A stretch of DNA of 64,000 nt from Auanema rhodensis (taxonomy: Eukaryota > Animalia > Nematoda), in contig OZ059900.1 in the NCBI GenBank assembly GCA_964057225.1, positions 7,812,001 to 7,876,000 of the forward strand, read 5' to 3'. Below the pieces are notes generated by a model that was given only the letters and a program-made list of their open reading frames with translations, was not told the DNA's origin and did not search any database. Below, one piece after another: positions 26,000-41,000 of the stretch; position 1 is the stretch's first letter; the number at the start of each line of letters is the position of its first letter. A program made the translations under genes and the position numbers.

Positions 26000-28900
26000 G
26001 GCCTTTTTATGTTCAAAACGCCATATATTCAACGATTTTGGGTACAAAACATGTGAAAACTGTATGTTTTGATCAGACCCTTTGAGATATGGATTTGGAA
26101 TTCAGGATTCATAAACTTTGACTATTTTTACATATATATGTTCAATTTTAACAACTTTGGTCAAAAAGGACCGAAAATATCAAGAATTATTGGTTTTTTG
26201 GGGATTGAAGGGCATTTTGGCAAAATCAGTCAAACTTTTGATCTTAAGCATATTTTTTTCTTCTAAAACGACTAAATGTATGAAATACTGTCATAGAATG
26301 TTCATATAGGTGTATTTTGCACGAATATCAAAACTGATTGAAATATGGGCCTTTTTATGTTCAAAACGCCATATATTCAACGATTTTGGGTACAAAACAT
26401 GTGAAAACTGTATGTTTTGATCAGACCCTTTGAGATATGGATTTGAAATTTAGGATTCATAAACTTTGACTATTTTTACATATATATGTCCAATTTCAAC
26501 CACTTTGGTCAAAAAGGACCGAAAATATCAAGAATTATTGGTTTTTTGGGGATTGAAGGGCATTTTGGCAAAATCAGTCAAACTTTTGATCTTAAGCATA
26601 TTTTTTTCTTCTAAAACGACTAAATGTATGAAATACTGTCATAGAATGTTCATATAGGTGTATTTTGCACAAATATCAAAACTGATTGAAATATGGGCCT
26701 TTTTATGCTCAAAACGCCATATATTCAACGATTTTGGGTACAAAACATGTGAAAACTGTATGTTTTGATCAGACCCTTTGAGATATGGATTTGAAATTCA
26801 GGATTCATAAACTTTGACTATTTCTACATATATATGTCCAATTTTAACCACTTTGGTCAAAAAGGACCGAAAGTATCAAGAATTATTGGTTTTTTGGGGT
26901 TTGAAGGGCATTTTGGCAAAATCAGTCAAACTTTTGATCTTAAGCATATTTTTTTCTTCTAAAACGACTAAATGTATGAAATACTGTCATAGAATGTTCA
27001 TATAGGTGTATTTTGCACGAATATCAAAACTGATTGAAATATGGGCCTTTTTATGCTCAAAACGCCATATATTCAACGATTTTGGGTACAAAACATGTGA
27101 AAACTGTATGTTTTGATCAGACCCTTTGAGATATGGATTTGAAATTCAGGATTCATAAACTTTGACTATTTCTACATATATATGTCCAATTTTAACCACT
27201 TTGGTCAAAAAGGACCGAAAATATCAAGAATTATTGGTTTTTTGGGGAATGAAGGGCATTTTGGCAAAATCAGTGAAACTTTTGATCTTAAGCATATTTT
27301 TTTCTTCTAAAACGACTAAATGTATGAAATACTGTCATAGAATGTTCATATAGGTGTATTTTGCACGAATATCAAAACTGATTGAAATATGGGCCTTTTT
27401 ATGTTCAAAACGCCATATATTCAACGATTTTGGGTACAAAACATGTGAAAACTGTATGTTTTGATCAGACCCTTTGAGATATGGATTTGAAATTCAGGAT
27501 TCATAAACTTTGACTATTTTTACATATATATGTTCAATTTTAACCACTTTGGTCGAAAAGGACCGAAAATATCAAGAATTATTGGTTTTTTGGGGTTTGA
27601 AGGGCATTTTGGCAAAATCAGTCAAACTTTTGATCTTAAGCATATTTTTTTCTTCTAAAACGACTAAATGTATGAAATACTGTCATAGAATGTTCATATA
27701 GGTGTATTTTGCACGAATATCAAAACTGATTGAAATATGGGCCTTTTTATGCTCAAAACGCCATATATTCAACGATTTTGGGTACAAAACATGTGAAAAC
27801 TGTATGTTTTGATCAGACCCTTTGAGATATGGATTTGAAATTCAGGATTCATAAACTTTGACTATTTCTACATATATATGTCCAATTTTAACCACTTTGG
27901 TCAAAAAGGACCGAAAGTATCAAGAATTATTGGTTTTTTGGGGTTTGAAGGGCATTTTGGCAAAATCAGTCAAACTTTTGATCTTAAGCATATTTTTTTC
28001 TTCTAAAACGACTAAATGTATGAAATACTGTCAAAGAATGTTCATATAGGTATATTTTGCACGAATATCAAAACTGATTGAAATATGGGCCTTTTTATGC
28101 TCAAAACGCCATATATTCAACGATTTTGGGTACAAAACATGTGAAAACTGTATGTTTTGATCAGACCCTTTGAGATATGGATTTGAATTTCAGGATTCAT
28201 AAACTTTGACTATTTTTACATATATATGTCCAATTTTAACCACTTTGGTCAAAAAGGACCGAAAATATCAAGAATTATTGGTTTTTTGGGGTTTGAAGGG
28301 CATTTTGGCAAAATCAGTCAAACTTTTGATCTTAAGCATATTTTTTTCTTCTAAAACGACTAAATGTATGAAATACTGTCATAGAATGTTCATATAGGTG
28401 TATTTTGCACGAATATCAAAACTGATTGAAATATGGGCCTTTTTATGCTCAAAACGCCATATATTCAACGATTTTGGGTACAAAACATGTGAAAACTGTA
28501 TGTTTTGATCAGACCCTTTGAGATATGGATTTGAAATTCAGGATTCATAAACTTCGACTATTTCTACATATATATGTCCAATTTTAACCACTTTGGTCAA
28601 AAAGGACCGAAAATATCAAGAATTATTGGTTTTTTGGGGTTTGAAGGGCATTTTGGCAAAATCAGTCAAACTTTTGATCTTAAGCATATTTTTTTTTCTA
28701 AAACGACTAAATGTATGAAATACTGTCAAAGAATGTTCATATAGGTGTATTTTGCACGAATATCAAAACTGATTGAAATATGGGCCTTTTTATGCTCAAA
28801 ACGCCATATATTCAACGATTTTGGGTACAAAACATGTGAAAACTGTATGTTTTGATCAGACCCTTTGAGATATGGATTTAAAATTCAGGATTCATAAAAT

Positions 28901-31900
28901 TCGACTATTTTTACATATATATGTCCAATTTTAACCACTTTGGTCAAAAAGGACCGAAAATATCAAGAATTATTGGTTTTTTGGGGTTTGAAGGGCATTT
29001 TGGCAAAATCAGTCAAACTTTTGATCTTAAGCATATTTTTTTCTTCTAAAACGACTAAATGTATGAAATACTGTCATAGAATGTTCATATAGGTGTATTT
29101 TGCACGAATATCAAAACTGATTGAAATATGGGCCTTTTTATGCTCAAAACGCCATATATTCAACGATTTTGGGTACAAAACATGTGAAAACTGTATGTTT
29201 TGATCAGACTCTTTGAGATATGGATTTGAAATTCAGGATTCATAAACTTCGACTATTTCTACATATATATGTCCAATTTTAACCACTTTGGTCAAAAAGG
29301 ACCGAAAATATCAAGAATTATTGGTTTTTTGGGGTTTGAAGGGCATTTTGGCAAAATCAGTCAAACTTTTGATCTTAAGCATATTTTTTTTTCTAAAACG
29401 ACTAAATGTATGAAATACTGTCAAAGAATGTTCATATAGGTGTATTTTGCACGAATATCAAAACTGATTGAAATATGGGCCTTTTTATGTTCAAAACGCC
29501 ATATATTCAACGATTTTGGGTACAAAACATGTGAAAACTGTATGTTTTGATCAGACCCTTTGAGATATGGATTTGAAATTCAGGATTCATAAACTTTGAC
29601 TATTTTTACATATATATGTTCAATTTTAACCACTTTGGTCGAAAAGGACCGAAAATATCAAGAATTATTGGTTTTTTGGGGTTTGAAGGGCATTTTGGCA
29701 AAATCAGTCAAACTTTTGATCTTAAGCATATTTTTTTCTTCTAAAACGACTAAATGTATGAAATACTGTCAAAGAATGTTCATATAGGTGTATTTTGCAC
29801 GAATATCAAAACTGATTGAAATATGGGCCTTTTTATGTTCAAAACGCCATATATTCAACGATTTTGGGTACAAAACATGTGAAAACTGTATGTTTTGATC
29901 AGACCCTTTGAGATATGGATTTGAAATTCAGGATTCATAAACTTCGACTATTTTTACATATATATGTCCAATTTTAACCACTTTGGTCGAAAAGGACCGA
30001 AAATATCAAGAATTATTGGTTTTTTGGGGATTGAAGGGCATTTTGGCAAAATCAGTCAAACTTTTGATCTTAAGCATATTTTTTTCTTCTAAAACGACTA
30101 AATGTATGAAATACTGTCATAGAATGTTCATATAGGTGTATTTTGCACGAATATCAAAACTGATTGAAATATGGGCCTTTTTATGTTCAAAGCGCCATAT
30201 ATTCAACGATTTTGGGTACAAAACATGTGAAAACTGTATGTTTTGATCAGACCCTTTGAGATATGGATTTGGAATTCAGGATTCATAAACTTTGACTATT
30301 TTTACATATATATGTTCAATTTTAACAACTTTGGTCAAAAAGGACCGAAAATATCAAGAATTATTGGTTTTTTGGGGATTGAAGGGCATTTTGGCAAAAT
30401 CAGTCAAACTTTTGATCTTAAGCATATTTTTTTCTTCTAAAACGACTAAATGTATGAAATACTGTCATAGAATGTTCATATAGGTGTATTTTGCACGAAT
30501 ATCAAAACTGATTGAAATATGGGCCTTTTTATGTTCAAAACGCCATATATTCAACGATTTTGGGTACAAAACATGTGAAAACTGTATGTTTTGATCAGAC
30601 CCTTTGAGATATGGATTTGAAATTTAGGATTCATAAACTTTGACTATTTTTACATATATATGTCCAATTTCAACCACTTTGGTCAAAAAGGACCGAAAAT
30701 ATCAAGAATTATTGGTTTTTTGGGGATTGAAGGGCATTTTGGCAAAATCAGTCAAACTTTTGATCTTAAGCATATTTTTTTCTTCTAAAACGACTAAATG
30801 TATGAAATACTGTCATAGAATGTTCATATAGGTGTATTTTGCACAAATATCAAAACTGATTGAAATATGGGCCTTTTTATGCTCAAAACGCCATATATTC
30901 AACGATTTTGGGTACAAAACATGTGAAAACTGTATGTTTTGATCAGACCCTTTGAGATATGGATTTGAAATTCAGGATTCATAAACGTTGACTATTTCTA
31001 CATATATATGTCCAATTTTAACCACTTTGGTCAAAAAGGACCGAAAGTATCAAGAATTATTGGTTTTTTGGGGTTTGAAGGGCATTTTGGCAAAATCAGT
31101 CAAACTTTTGATCTTAAGCATATTTTTTTCTTCTAAAACGACTAAATGTATGAAATACTGTCAAAGAATGTTCATATAGGTATATTTTGCACGAATATCA
31201 AAACTGATTGAAATATGGGCCTTTTTATGCTCAAAACGCCATATATTCAACGATTTTGGGTACAAAACATGTGAAAACTGTATGTTTTGATCAGACCCTT
31301 TGAGATATGGATTTGAAATTCAGGATTCATAAACTTTGACTATTTTTACATATATATGTTCAATTTTAACCACTTTGGTCGAAAAGGACCGAAAATATCA
31401 AGAATTATTGGTTTTTTGGGGTTTGAAGGGCATTTTGGCAAAATCAGTCAAACTTTTGATCTTAAGTATATTTTTTTCTTCTAAAACGACTAAATGTATG
31501 AAATACTGTCATAGAATGTTCATATAGGTGTATTTTGCACGAATATCAAAACTGATTGAAATATGGGCCTTTTTATGCTCAAAACGCCATATATTCAACG
31601 ATTTTGGGTACAAAACATGTGAAAACTGTATGTTTTGATCAGACCCTTTGAGATATGGATTTGAAATTCAGGATTCATAAACTTTGACTATTTCTACATA
31701 TATATGTCCAATTTTAACCACTTTGGTCAAAAAGGACCGAAAGTATCAAGAATTATTGGTTTTTTGGGGTTTGAAGGGCATTTTGGCAAAATCAGTCAAA
31801 CTTTTGATCTTAAGCATATTTTTTTCTTCTAAAACGACTAAATGTATGAAATACTGTCAAAGAATGTTCATATAGGTATATTTTGCACGAATATCAAAAC

Positions 31901-34900
31901 TGATTGAAATATGGGCCTTTTTATGCTCAAAACGCCATATATTCAACGATTTTGGGTACAAAACATGTGAAAACTGTATGTTTTGATCAGACCCTTTGAG
32001 ATATGGATTTGAAATTCAGGATTCATAAACTTTGACTATTTTTACATATATATGTCCAATTTTAACCACTTTGGTCGAAAAGGACCGAAAATATCAAGAA
32101 TTATTGGTTTTTTGGGGATTGAAGGGCATTTTGGCAAAATCAGTGAAACTTTTGATCTTAAGCATATTTTTTTCTTCTAAAACGACTAAATGTATGAAAT
32201 ACTGTCATAGAATGTTCATATAGGTGTATTTTGCACGAATATCAAAACTGATTGAAATATGGGCCTTTTTATGCTCAAAACGCCATATATTCAACGATTT
32301 TGGGTACAAAACATGTGAAAACTGTATGTTTTGATCAGACCCTTTGAGATATGGATTTAAAATTCAGGATTCATAAAATTCGACTATTTTTACATATATA
32401 TGTCCAATTTTAACCACTTTGGTCAAAAAGGACCGAAAATATCAAGAATTATTGGTTTTTTGGGGTTTGAAGGGCATTTTGGCAAAATCAGTCAAACTTT
32501 TGATCTTAAGCATATTTTTTTCTTCTAAAACGACTAAATGTATGAAATACTGTCATAGAATGTTCATATAGGTGTATTTTGCACGAATATCAAAACTGAT
32601 TGAAATATGGGCCTTTTTATGCTCAAAACGCCATATATTCAACGATTTTGGGTACAAAACATGTGAAAACTGTATGTTTTGATCAGACCCTTTGAGATAT
32701 GGATTTGAAATTCAGGATTCATAAACTTCGACTATTTCTACATATATATGTCCAATTTTAACCACTTTGGTCAAAAAGGACCGAAAATATCAAGAATTAT
32801 TGGTTTTTTGGGGTTTGAAGGGCATTTTGGCAAAATCAGTCAAACTTTTGATCTTAAGCATATTTTTTTTTCTAAAACGACTAAATGTATGAAATACTGT
32901 CAAAGAATATTCATATAGGTGTATTTTGCACGAATATCAAAACTGATTGAAATATGGGCCTTTTTATGTTCAAAACGCCATATATTCAACGATTTTGGGT
33001 ACAAAACATGTGAAAACTGTATGTTTTGATCAGACCCTTTGAGATATGGATTTGAAATTCAGGATTCATAAACTTTGACTATTTTTACATATATATGTTC
33101 AATTTTAACCACTTTGGTCGAAAAGGACCGAAAATATCAAGAATTATTGGTTTTTTGGGGTTTGAAGGGCATTTTGGCAAAATCAGTCAAACTTTTGATC
33201 TTAAGCATATTTTTTTCTTCTAAAACGACTAAATGTATGAAATACTGTCATAGAATGTTCATATAGGTGTATTTTGCACAAATATCAAAACTGATTGAAA
33301 TATGGGCCTTTTTATGCTCAAAACGCCATATATTCAACGATTTTGGGTACAAAACATGTGAAAACTGTATGTTTTGATCAGACCCTTTGAGATATGGATT
33401 TAAAATTCAGGATTCATAAAATTCGACTATTTTTACATATATATGTCCAATTTTAACCACTTTGGTCAAAAAGGACCGAAAATATCAAGAATTATTGGTT
33501 TTTTGGGGTTTGAAGGGCATTTTGGCTAAATCAGTCAAACTTTTGATCTTAAGCATATTTTTTTCTTCTAAAACGACTAAATGTATGAAATACTGTCAAA
33601 GAATGTTCATATAGGTGTATTTTGCACGAATATCAAAACTGATTGAAATATGGGCCTTTTTATGCTCAAAACGCCATATATTCAACGATTTTGGGTACAA
33701 AACATGTGAAAACTGTATGTTTTGATCAGACCCTTTGAGATATGGATTTAAAATTCAGGATTCATAAAATTCGACTATTTTTACATATATATGTCCAATT
33801 TTAACCACTTTGGTCAAAAAGGACCGAAAATATCAAGAATTATTGGTTTTTTGGGGTTTGAAGGGCATTTTGGCAAAATCAGTCAAACTTTTGATCTTAA
33901 GCATATTTTTTTCTTCTAAAACGACTAAATGTATGAAATACTGTCAAAGAATGTTCATATAGGTGTATTTTGCACGAATATCAAAACTGATTGAAATATG
34001 GGCCTTTTTATGTTCAAAACGCCATATATTCAACGATTTTGGGTACAAAACATGTGAAAACTGTATGTTTTGATCAGACCCTTTGAGATATGGATTTGAA
34101 ATTCAGGATTCATAAACTTCGACTATTTTTACATATATATGTCCAATTTTAACCACTTTGGTCGAAAAGGACCGAAAATATCAAGAATTATTGGTTTTTT
34201 GGGGATTGAAGGGCATTTTGGCAAAATCAGTCAAACTTTTGATCTTAAGCATATTTTTTTCTTCTAAAACGACTAAATGTATGAAATACTGTCATAGAAT
34301 GTTCATATAGGTGTATTTTGCACGAATATCAAAACTGATTGAAATATGGGCCTTTTTATGTTCAAAGCGCCATATATTCAACGATTTTGGGTACAAAACA
34401 TGTGAAAACTGTATGTTTTGATCAGACCCTTTGAGATATGGATTTGGAATTCAGGATTCATAAACTTTGACTATTTTTACATATATATGTTCAATTTTAA
34501 CAACTTTGGTCAAAAAGGACCGAAAATATCAAGAATTATTGGTTTTTTGGGGATTGAAGGGCATTTTGGCAAAATCAGTCAAACTTTTGATCTTAAGCAT
34601 ATTTTTTTCTTCTAAAACGACTAAATGTATGAAATACTGTCATAGAATGTTCATATAGGTGTATTTTGCACGAATATCAAAACTGATTGAAATATGGGCC
34701 TTTTTATGTTCAAAACGCCATATATTCAACGATTTTGGGTACAAAACATGTGAAAACTGTATGTTTTGATCAGACCCTTTGAGATATGGATTTGAAATTT
34801 AGGATTCATAAACTTTGACTATTTTTACATATATATGTCCAATTTCAACCACTTTGGTCAAAAAGGACCGAAAATATCAAGAATTATTGGTTTTTTGGGG

Positions 34901-35050
34901 ATTGAAGGGCATTTTGGCAAAATCAGTCAAACTTTTGATCTTAAGCATATTTTTTTCTTCTAAAACGACTAAATGTATGAAATACTGTCATAGAATGTTC
35001 ATATAGGTGTATTTTGCACAAATATCAAAACTGATTGAAATATGGGCCTT
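26000..35050. repeat. Degenerate 12-monomer periodicity marked by three copies of a diagnostic monomer pair
   Basis: taacaacttt at 26153, 30327 and 34502 and aatttaggat at 26451, 30625 and 34800 (offsets 4174 and 4175, about 12 x 348). caaagcgcc at 30192 and 34367. Confidence 0.75.
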
Positions 35051-38000
35051 TTTATGCTCAAAACGCCATATATTCAACGATTTTGGGTACAAAACATGTG
35101 AAAACTGTATGTTTTGATCAGACCCTTTGAGATATGGATTTGAAATTCAGGATTCATAAACTTTGACTACTTTTACATATATATGTCCAATTTTAACCAC
35201 TTTGGTCAAAAAGGACCGAAAATATCAAGAATTATTGGTTTTTTGGGGATTGAAGGGCATTTTGGCAAAATCAGTCAAACTTTTGATCTTAAGCATATTT
35301 TTTTCTTCTAAAACGACTTAATGTATGAAATACTGTCATAGAATGTTCATATAGGTGTATTTTGCACGAATATCAAAACTGATTGAAATATGGGCCTTTT
35401 TATGTTCAAAACGCCATATATTCAACGATTTTGGGTACAAAACATGTGAAAACTGTATGTTTTGATCAGACCCTTTGAGATGTGGATTTGAAATTTAGGA
35501 TTCATAAACTTTGACTATTTTTACATATATATGTCCAATTTTAACCACTTTGGTCAAAAAGGACCGAAAATATCAAGAATTATTGGTTTTTTGGGGATTG
35601 AAGGGCATTTTGGCAAAATCAGTCAAACTTTTGATCTTAAGCATATTTTTTTCTTCTAAAACGACTAAATGTATGAAATACTGTCATAGAATGTTCATAT
35701 AGGTGTATTTTGCACAAATATCAAAACTGATTGAAATATGGGCCTTTTTATGCTCAAAACGCCATATATTCAACGATTTTGGGTACAAAACATGTGAAAA
35801 CTGTATGTTTTGATCAGACCCTTTGAGATATGGATTTGAAATTCAGGATTCATAAACTTTGACTATTTTAACATATATATGTTCAATTTTAACCACTTTG
35901 GTCAAAAAGGACCGAAAATATCAAGAATTATTGGTTTTTTGGGGTTTGAAGGGCATTTTGGCAAAATCAGTCAAACTTTTGATCTTAAGCATATTTTTTT
36001 CTTCTAAAACGACTAAATGTATGAAATACTGTCATAGAATGTTCATATAGGTGTATTTTGCACGAATATCAAAACTGATTGAAATATGGGCCTTTTTATG
36101 TTCAAAACGCCATATATTCAACGATTTTGGGTACAAAACATGTGAAAACTGTATGTTTTGATCAGACCCTTTGAGATATGGATTTGAAATTCAGGATTCA
36201 TAAACTTTGACTATTTTTACATATATATGTCCAATTTTAACCACTTTGGTCAAAAAGGACCGAAAATATCAAGAATTATTGGTTTTTTGGGGATTGAAGG
36301 GCATTTTGGCAAAATCAGTCAAACTTTTGATCTTAAGCATATTTTTTTCTTCTAAAACGACTAAATGTATGAAATACTGTCATAGAATGTTCATATAGGT
36401 GTATTTTGCACGAATATCAAAACTGATTGAAATATGGGCCTTTTTATGCTCAAAACGCCATATATTCAACGATTTTGGGTACAAAACATGTGAAAACTGT
36501 ATGTTTTGATCAGACCCTTTGAGATATGGATTTGAAATTCAGGATTCATAAACTTTGACTATTTTTACATATATATGTCCAATTTTAACCACTTTGGTCG
36601 AAAAGGACTGAAAATATCAAGAATTATTGGTTTTTTGGGGATTGAAGGGCATTTTGGCAAAATCAGTCAAACTTTTGATCTTAAGCATATTTTTTTCTTC
36701 TAAAACGACTAAATGTATGAAATACTGTCATAGAATGTTCATATAGGTGTATTTTGCACGAATATCAAAACTGATTGAAATATGGGCCTTTTTATGTTCA
36801 AAACGCCATATATTCAACGATTTTGGGTACAAAACATGTGAAAACTGTATGTTTTGATCAGACCCTTTGAGATATGGATTTGAAATTCAGGATTCATAAA
36901 CTTTGACTACTTTTACATATATATGTCCAATTTTAACCACTTTGGTCAAAAAGGACCGAAAATATCAAGAATTATTGGTTTTTTGGGGATTGAAGGGCAT
37001 TTTGGCAAAATCAGTCAAACTTTTGATCTTAAGCATATTTTTTTCTTCTAAAACGACTAAATGTATGAAATACTGTCATAGAATGTTCATATAGGTGTAT
37101 TTTGCACAAATATCAAAACTGATTGAAATATGGGCCTTTTTATGCTCAAAACGCCATATATTCAACGATTTTGGGTACAAAACATGTGAAAACTGTATGT
37201 TTTGATCAGACCCTTTGAGATATGGATTTGAAATTCAGGATTCATAAACTTCGACTATTTCTACATATATATGTCCAATTTTAACCACTTTGGTCAAAAA
37301 GGACCGAAAATATCAAGAATTATTGGTTTTTTGGGGTTTGAAGGGCATTTTGGCAAAATCAGTCAAACTTTTGATCTTAAGCATATTTTTTTTTCTAAAA
37401 CGACTAAATGTATGAAATACTGTCAAAGAATGTTCATATAGGTGTATTTTGCACGAATATCAAAACTGATTGAAATATGGGCCTTTTTATGCTCAAAACG
37501 CCATATATTCAACGATTTTGGGTACAAAACATGTGAAAACTGTATGTTTTGATCAGACCCTTTGAGATATGGATTTGAAATTCAGGATTCATAAACTTTG
37601 ACTATTTTTACATATATATGTTCAATTTTAACCACTTTGGTCAAAAAGGACCGAAAATATCAAGAATTATTGGTTTTTTGGGGTTTGAAGGGCATTTTGG
37701 CAAAATCAGTCAAACTTTTGATCTTAAGCATATTTTTTTCTTCTAAAACGACTAAATGTATGAAATACTGTCATAGAATGTTCATATAGGTGTATTTTGC
37801 ACGAATATCAAAACTGATTGAAATATGGGCATTTTTATGTTCAAAACGCCATATATTCAACGATTTTGGGTACAAAACATGTGAAAACTGTATGTTTTGA
37901 TCAGACCCTTTGAGATATGGATTTGAAATTCAGGATTCATAAACTTTGACTATTTTTACATATATATGTTCAATTTTAACCACTTTGGTCAAAAAGGACC

Positions 38001-41000
38001 GAAAATATCAAGAATTATTGGTTTTTTGGGGTTTGAAGGGCATTTTGGCAAAATCAGTCAAACTTTTGATCTTAAGCATATTTTTTTCTTCTAAAACGAC
38101 TAAATGTATGAAATACTGTCATAGAATGTTCATATAGGTGTATTTTGCACGAATATCAAAACTGATTGAAATATGGGCCTTTTTATGTTCAAAACGCCAT
38201 ATATTCAACGATTTTGGGTACAAAACATGTGAAAACTGTATGTTTTGATCAGACCCTTTGAGATATGGATTTGAAATTCAGGATTCATAAACTTTGACTA
38301 TTTTTACATATATATGTCCAATTTTAACCACTTTGGTCAAAAAGGACCGAAAATATCAAGAATTATTGGTTTTTTGGGGATTGAAGGGCATTTTGGCAAA
38401 ATCAGTCAAACTTTTGATCTTAAGCATATTTTTTTCTTCTAAAACGACTAAATGTATGAAATACTGTCATAGAATGTTCATATAGGTGTATTTTGCACGA
38501 ATATCAAAACTGATTGAAATATGGGCCTTTTTATGCTCAAAACGCCATATATTCAACGATTTTGGGTACAAAACATGTGAAAACTGTATGTTTTGATCAG
38601 ACCCTTTGAGATATGGATTTGAAATTCAGGATTCATTTACTTTGACTATTTTTACATATATATGTCCAATTTTAACCACTTTGGTCGAAAAGGACCGAAA
38701 ATATCAAGAATTATTGGTTTTTTGGGGATTGAAGGGCATTTTGGCAAAATCAGTCAAACTTTTGATCTTAAGCATATTTTTTTCTTCTAAAACGACTAAA
38801 TGTATGAAATACTGTCATAGAATGTTCATATAGGTGTATTTTGCACGAATATCAAAACTGATTGAAATATGGGCCTTTTTATGTTCAAAACGCCATATAT
38901 TCAACGATTTTGGGTACAAAACATGTGAAAACTGAATGTTTTGATCAGACCCTTTGAGATATGGATTTGAAATTCAGGATTCATAAACTTTGACTACTTT
39001 TACATATATATGTCCAATTTTAACCACTTTGGTCAAAAAGGACCGAAAATATCAAGAATTATTGGTTTTTTGGGGATTGAAGGGCATTTTGGCAAAATCA
39101 GTCAAACTTTTGATCTTAAGCATATTTTTTTCTTCTAAAACGACTAAATGTATGAAATACTGTCATAGAATGTTCATATAGGTGTATTTTGCACGAATAT
39201 CAAAACTGATTGAAATATGGGCCTTTTTATGCTCAAAACGCCATATATTCAACGATTTTGGGTACAAAACATGTGAAAACTGTATGTTTTGATCAGACCC
39301 TTTGAGATATGGATTTGAAATTCAGGATTCATAAACTTCGACTATTTCTACATATATATGTCCAATTTTAACCACTTTGGTCAAAAAGGACCGAAAATAT
39401 CAAGAATTATTGGTTTTTTGGGGTTTGAAGGGCATTTTGGCAAAATCAGTCAAACTTTTGATCTTAAGCATATTTTTTTTTCTAAAACGACTAAATGTAT
39501 GAAATACTGTCAAAGAATGTTCATATAGGTGTATTTTGCACGAATATCAAAACTGATTGAAATATGGGCCTTTTTATGCTCAAAACGCCATATATTCAAC
39601 GATTTTGGGTACAAAACATGTGAAAACTGTATGTTTTGATCAGACCCTTTGAGATATGGATTTAAAATTCAGGATTCATAAAATTCGACTATTTTCACAT
39701 ATATATGTCCAATTTTAACCACTTTGGTCAAAAAGGACCGAAAATATCAAGAATTATTGGTTTTTTGGGGTTTGAAGGGCATTTTGGCAAAATCAGTCAA
39801 ACTTTTGATCTTAAGCATATTTTTTTCTTCTAAAACGACTAAATGTATGAAATACTGTCAAAGAATGTTCATATAGGTGTATTTTGCACGAATATCAAAA
39901 CTGATTGAAATATGGGCCTTTTTATGCTCAAAACGCCATATATTCAACGATTTTGGGTACAAAACATGTGAAAACTGTATGTTTTGATCAGACCCTTTGA
40001 GATATGGATTTGAAATTCAGGATTCATAAACTTTGACTATTTTTACATATATATGTCCAATTTTAACCACTTTGGTCGAAAAGGACCGAAAATATCAAGA
40101 ATTATTGGTTTTTTGGGGATTGAAGGGCATTTTGGCAAAATCAGTCAAACTTTTGATCTTAAGCATATTTTTTTCTTCTAAAACGACTAAATGTATGAAA
40201 TACTGTCATAGAATGTTCATATAGGTGTATTTTGCACGAATATCAAAACTGATTGAAATATGGGCCTTTTTATGTTCAAAACGCCATATAATCAACGATT
40301 TTGGGTACAAAACATGTGAAAACTGTATGTTTTGATCAGACCCTTTGAGATATGGATTTGAAATTCAGGATTCATAAACTTTGACTATTTTTACATATAT
40401 ATGTCCAATTTTAACCACTTTGGTCAAAAAGGACCGAAAATATCAAGAATTATTGGTTTTTTGGGGATTGAAGGGCATTTTGGCAAAATCAGTCAAACTT
40501 TTGATCTTAAGCATATTTTTTTCTTCTAAAACGACTAAATGTATGAAATACTGTCATAGAATGTTCATATAGGTGTATTTTGCACGAATATCAAAACTGA
40601 TTGAAATATGGGCCTTTTTATGTTCAAAACGCCATATATTCAACGATTTTGGGTACAAAACATGTGAAAACTGTATGTTTTGATCAGACCCTTTGAGATA
40701 TGGATTTGAAATTCAGGATTCATAAACTTTGACTATTTTTACATATATATGTTCAATTTTAACCACTTTGGTCAAAAAGGACCGAAAATATCAAGAATTA
40801 TTGGTTTTTTGGGGTTTGAAGGGCATTTTGGCAAAATCAGTCAAACTTTTGATCTTAAGCATATTTTTTTCTTCTAAAACGACTAAATGTATGAAATACT
40901 GTCATAGAATGTTCATATAGGTGTATTTTGCACGAATATCAAAACTGATTGAAATATGGGCCTTTTTATGTTCAAAACGCCATATATTCAACGATTTTGG

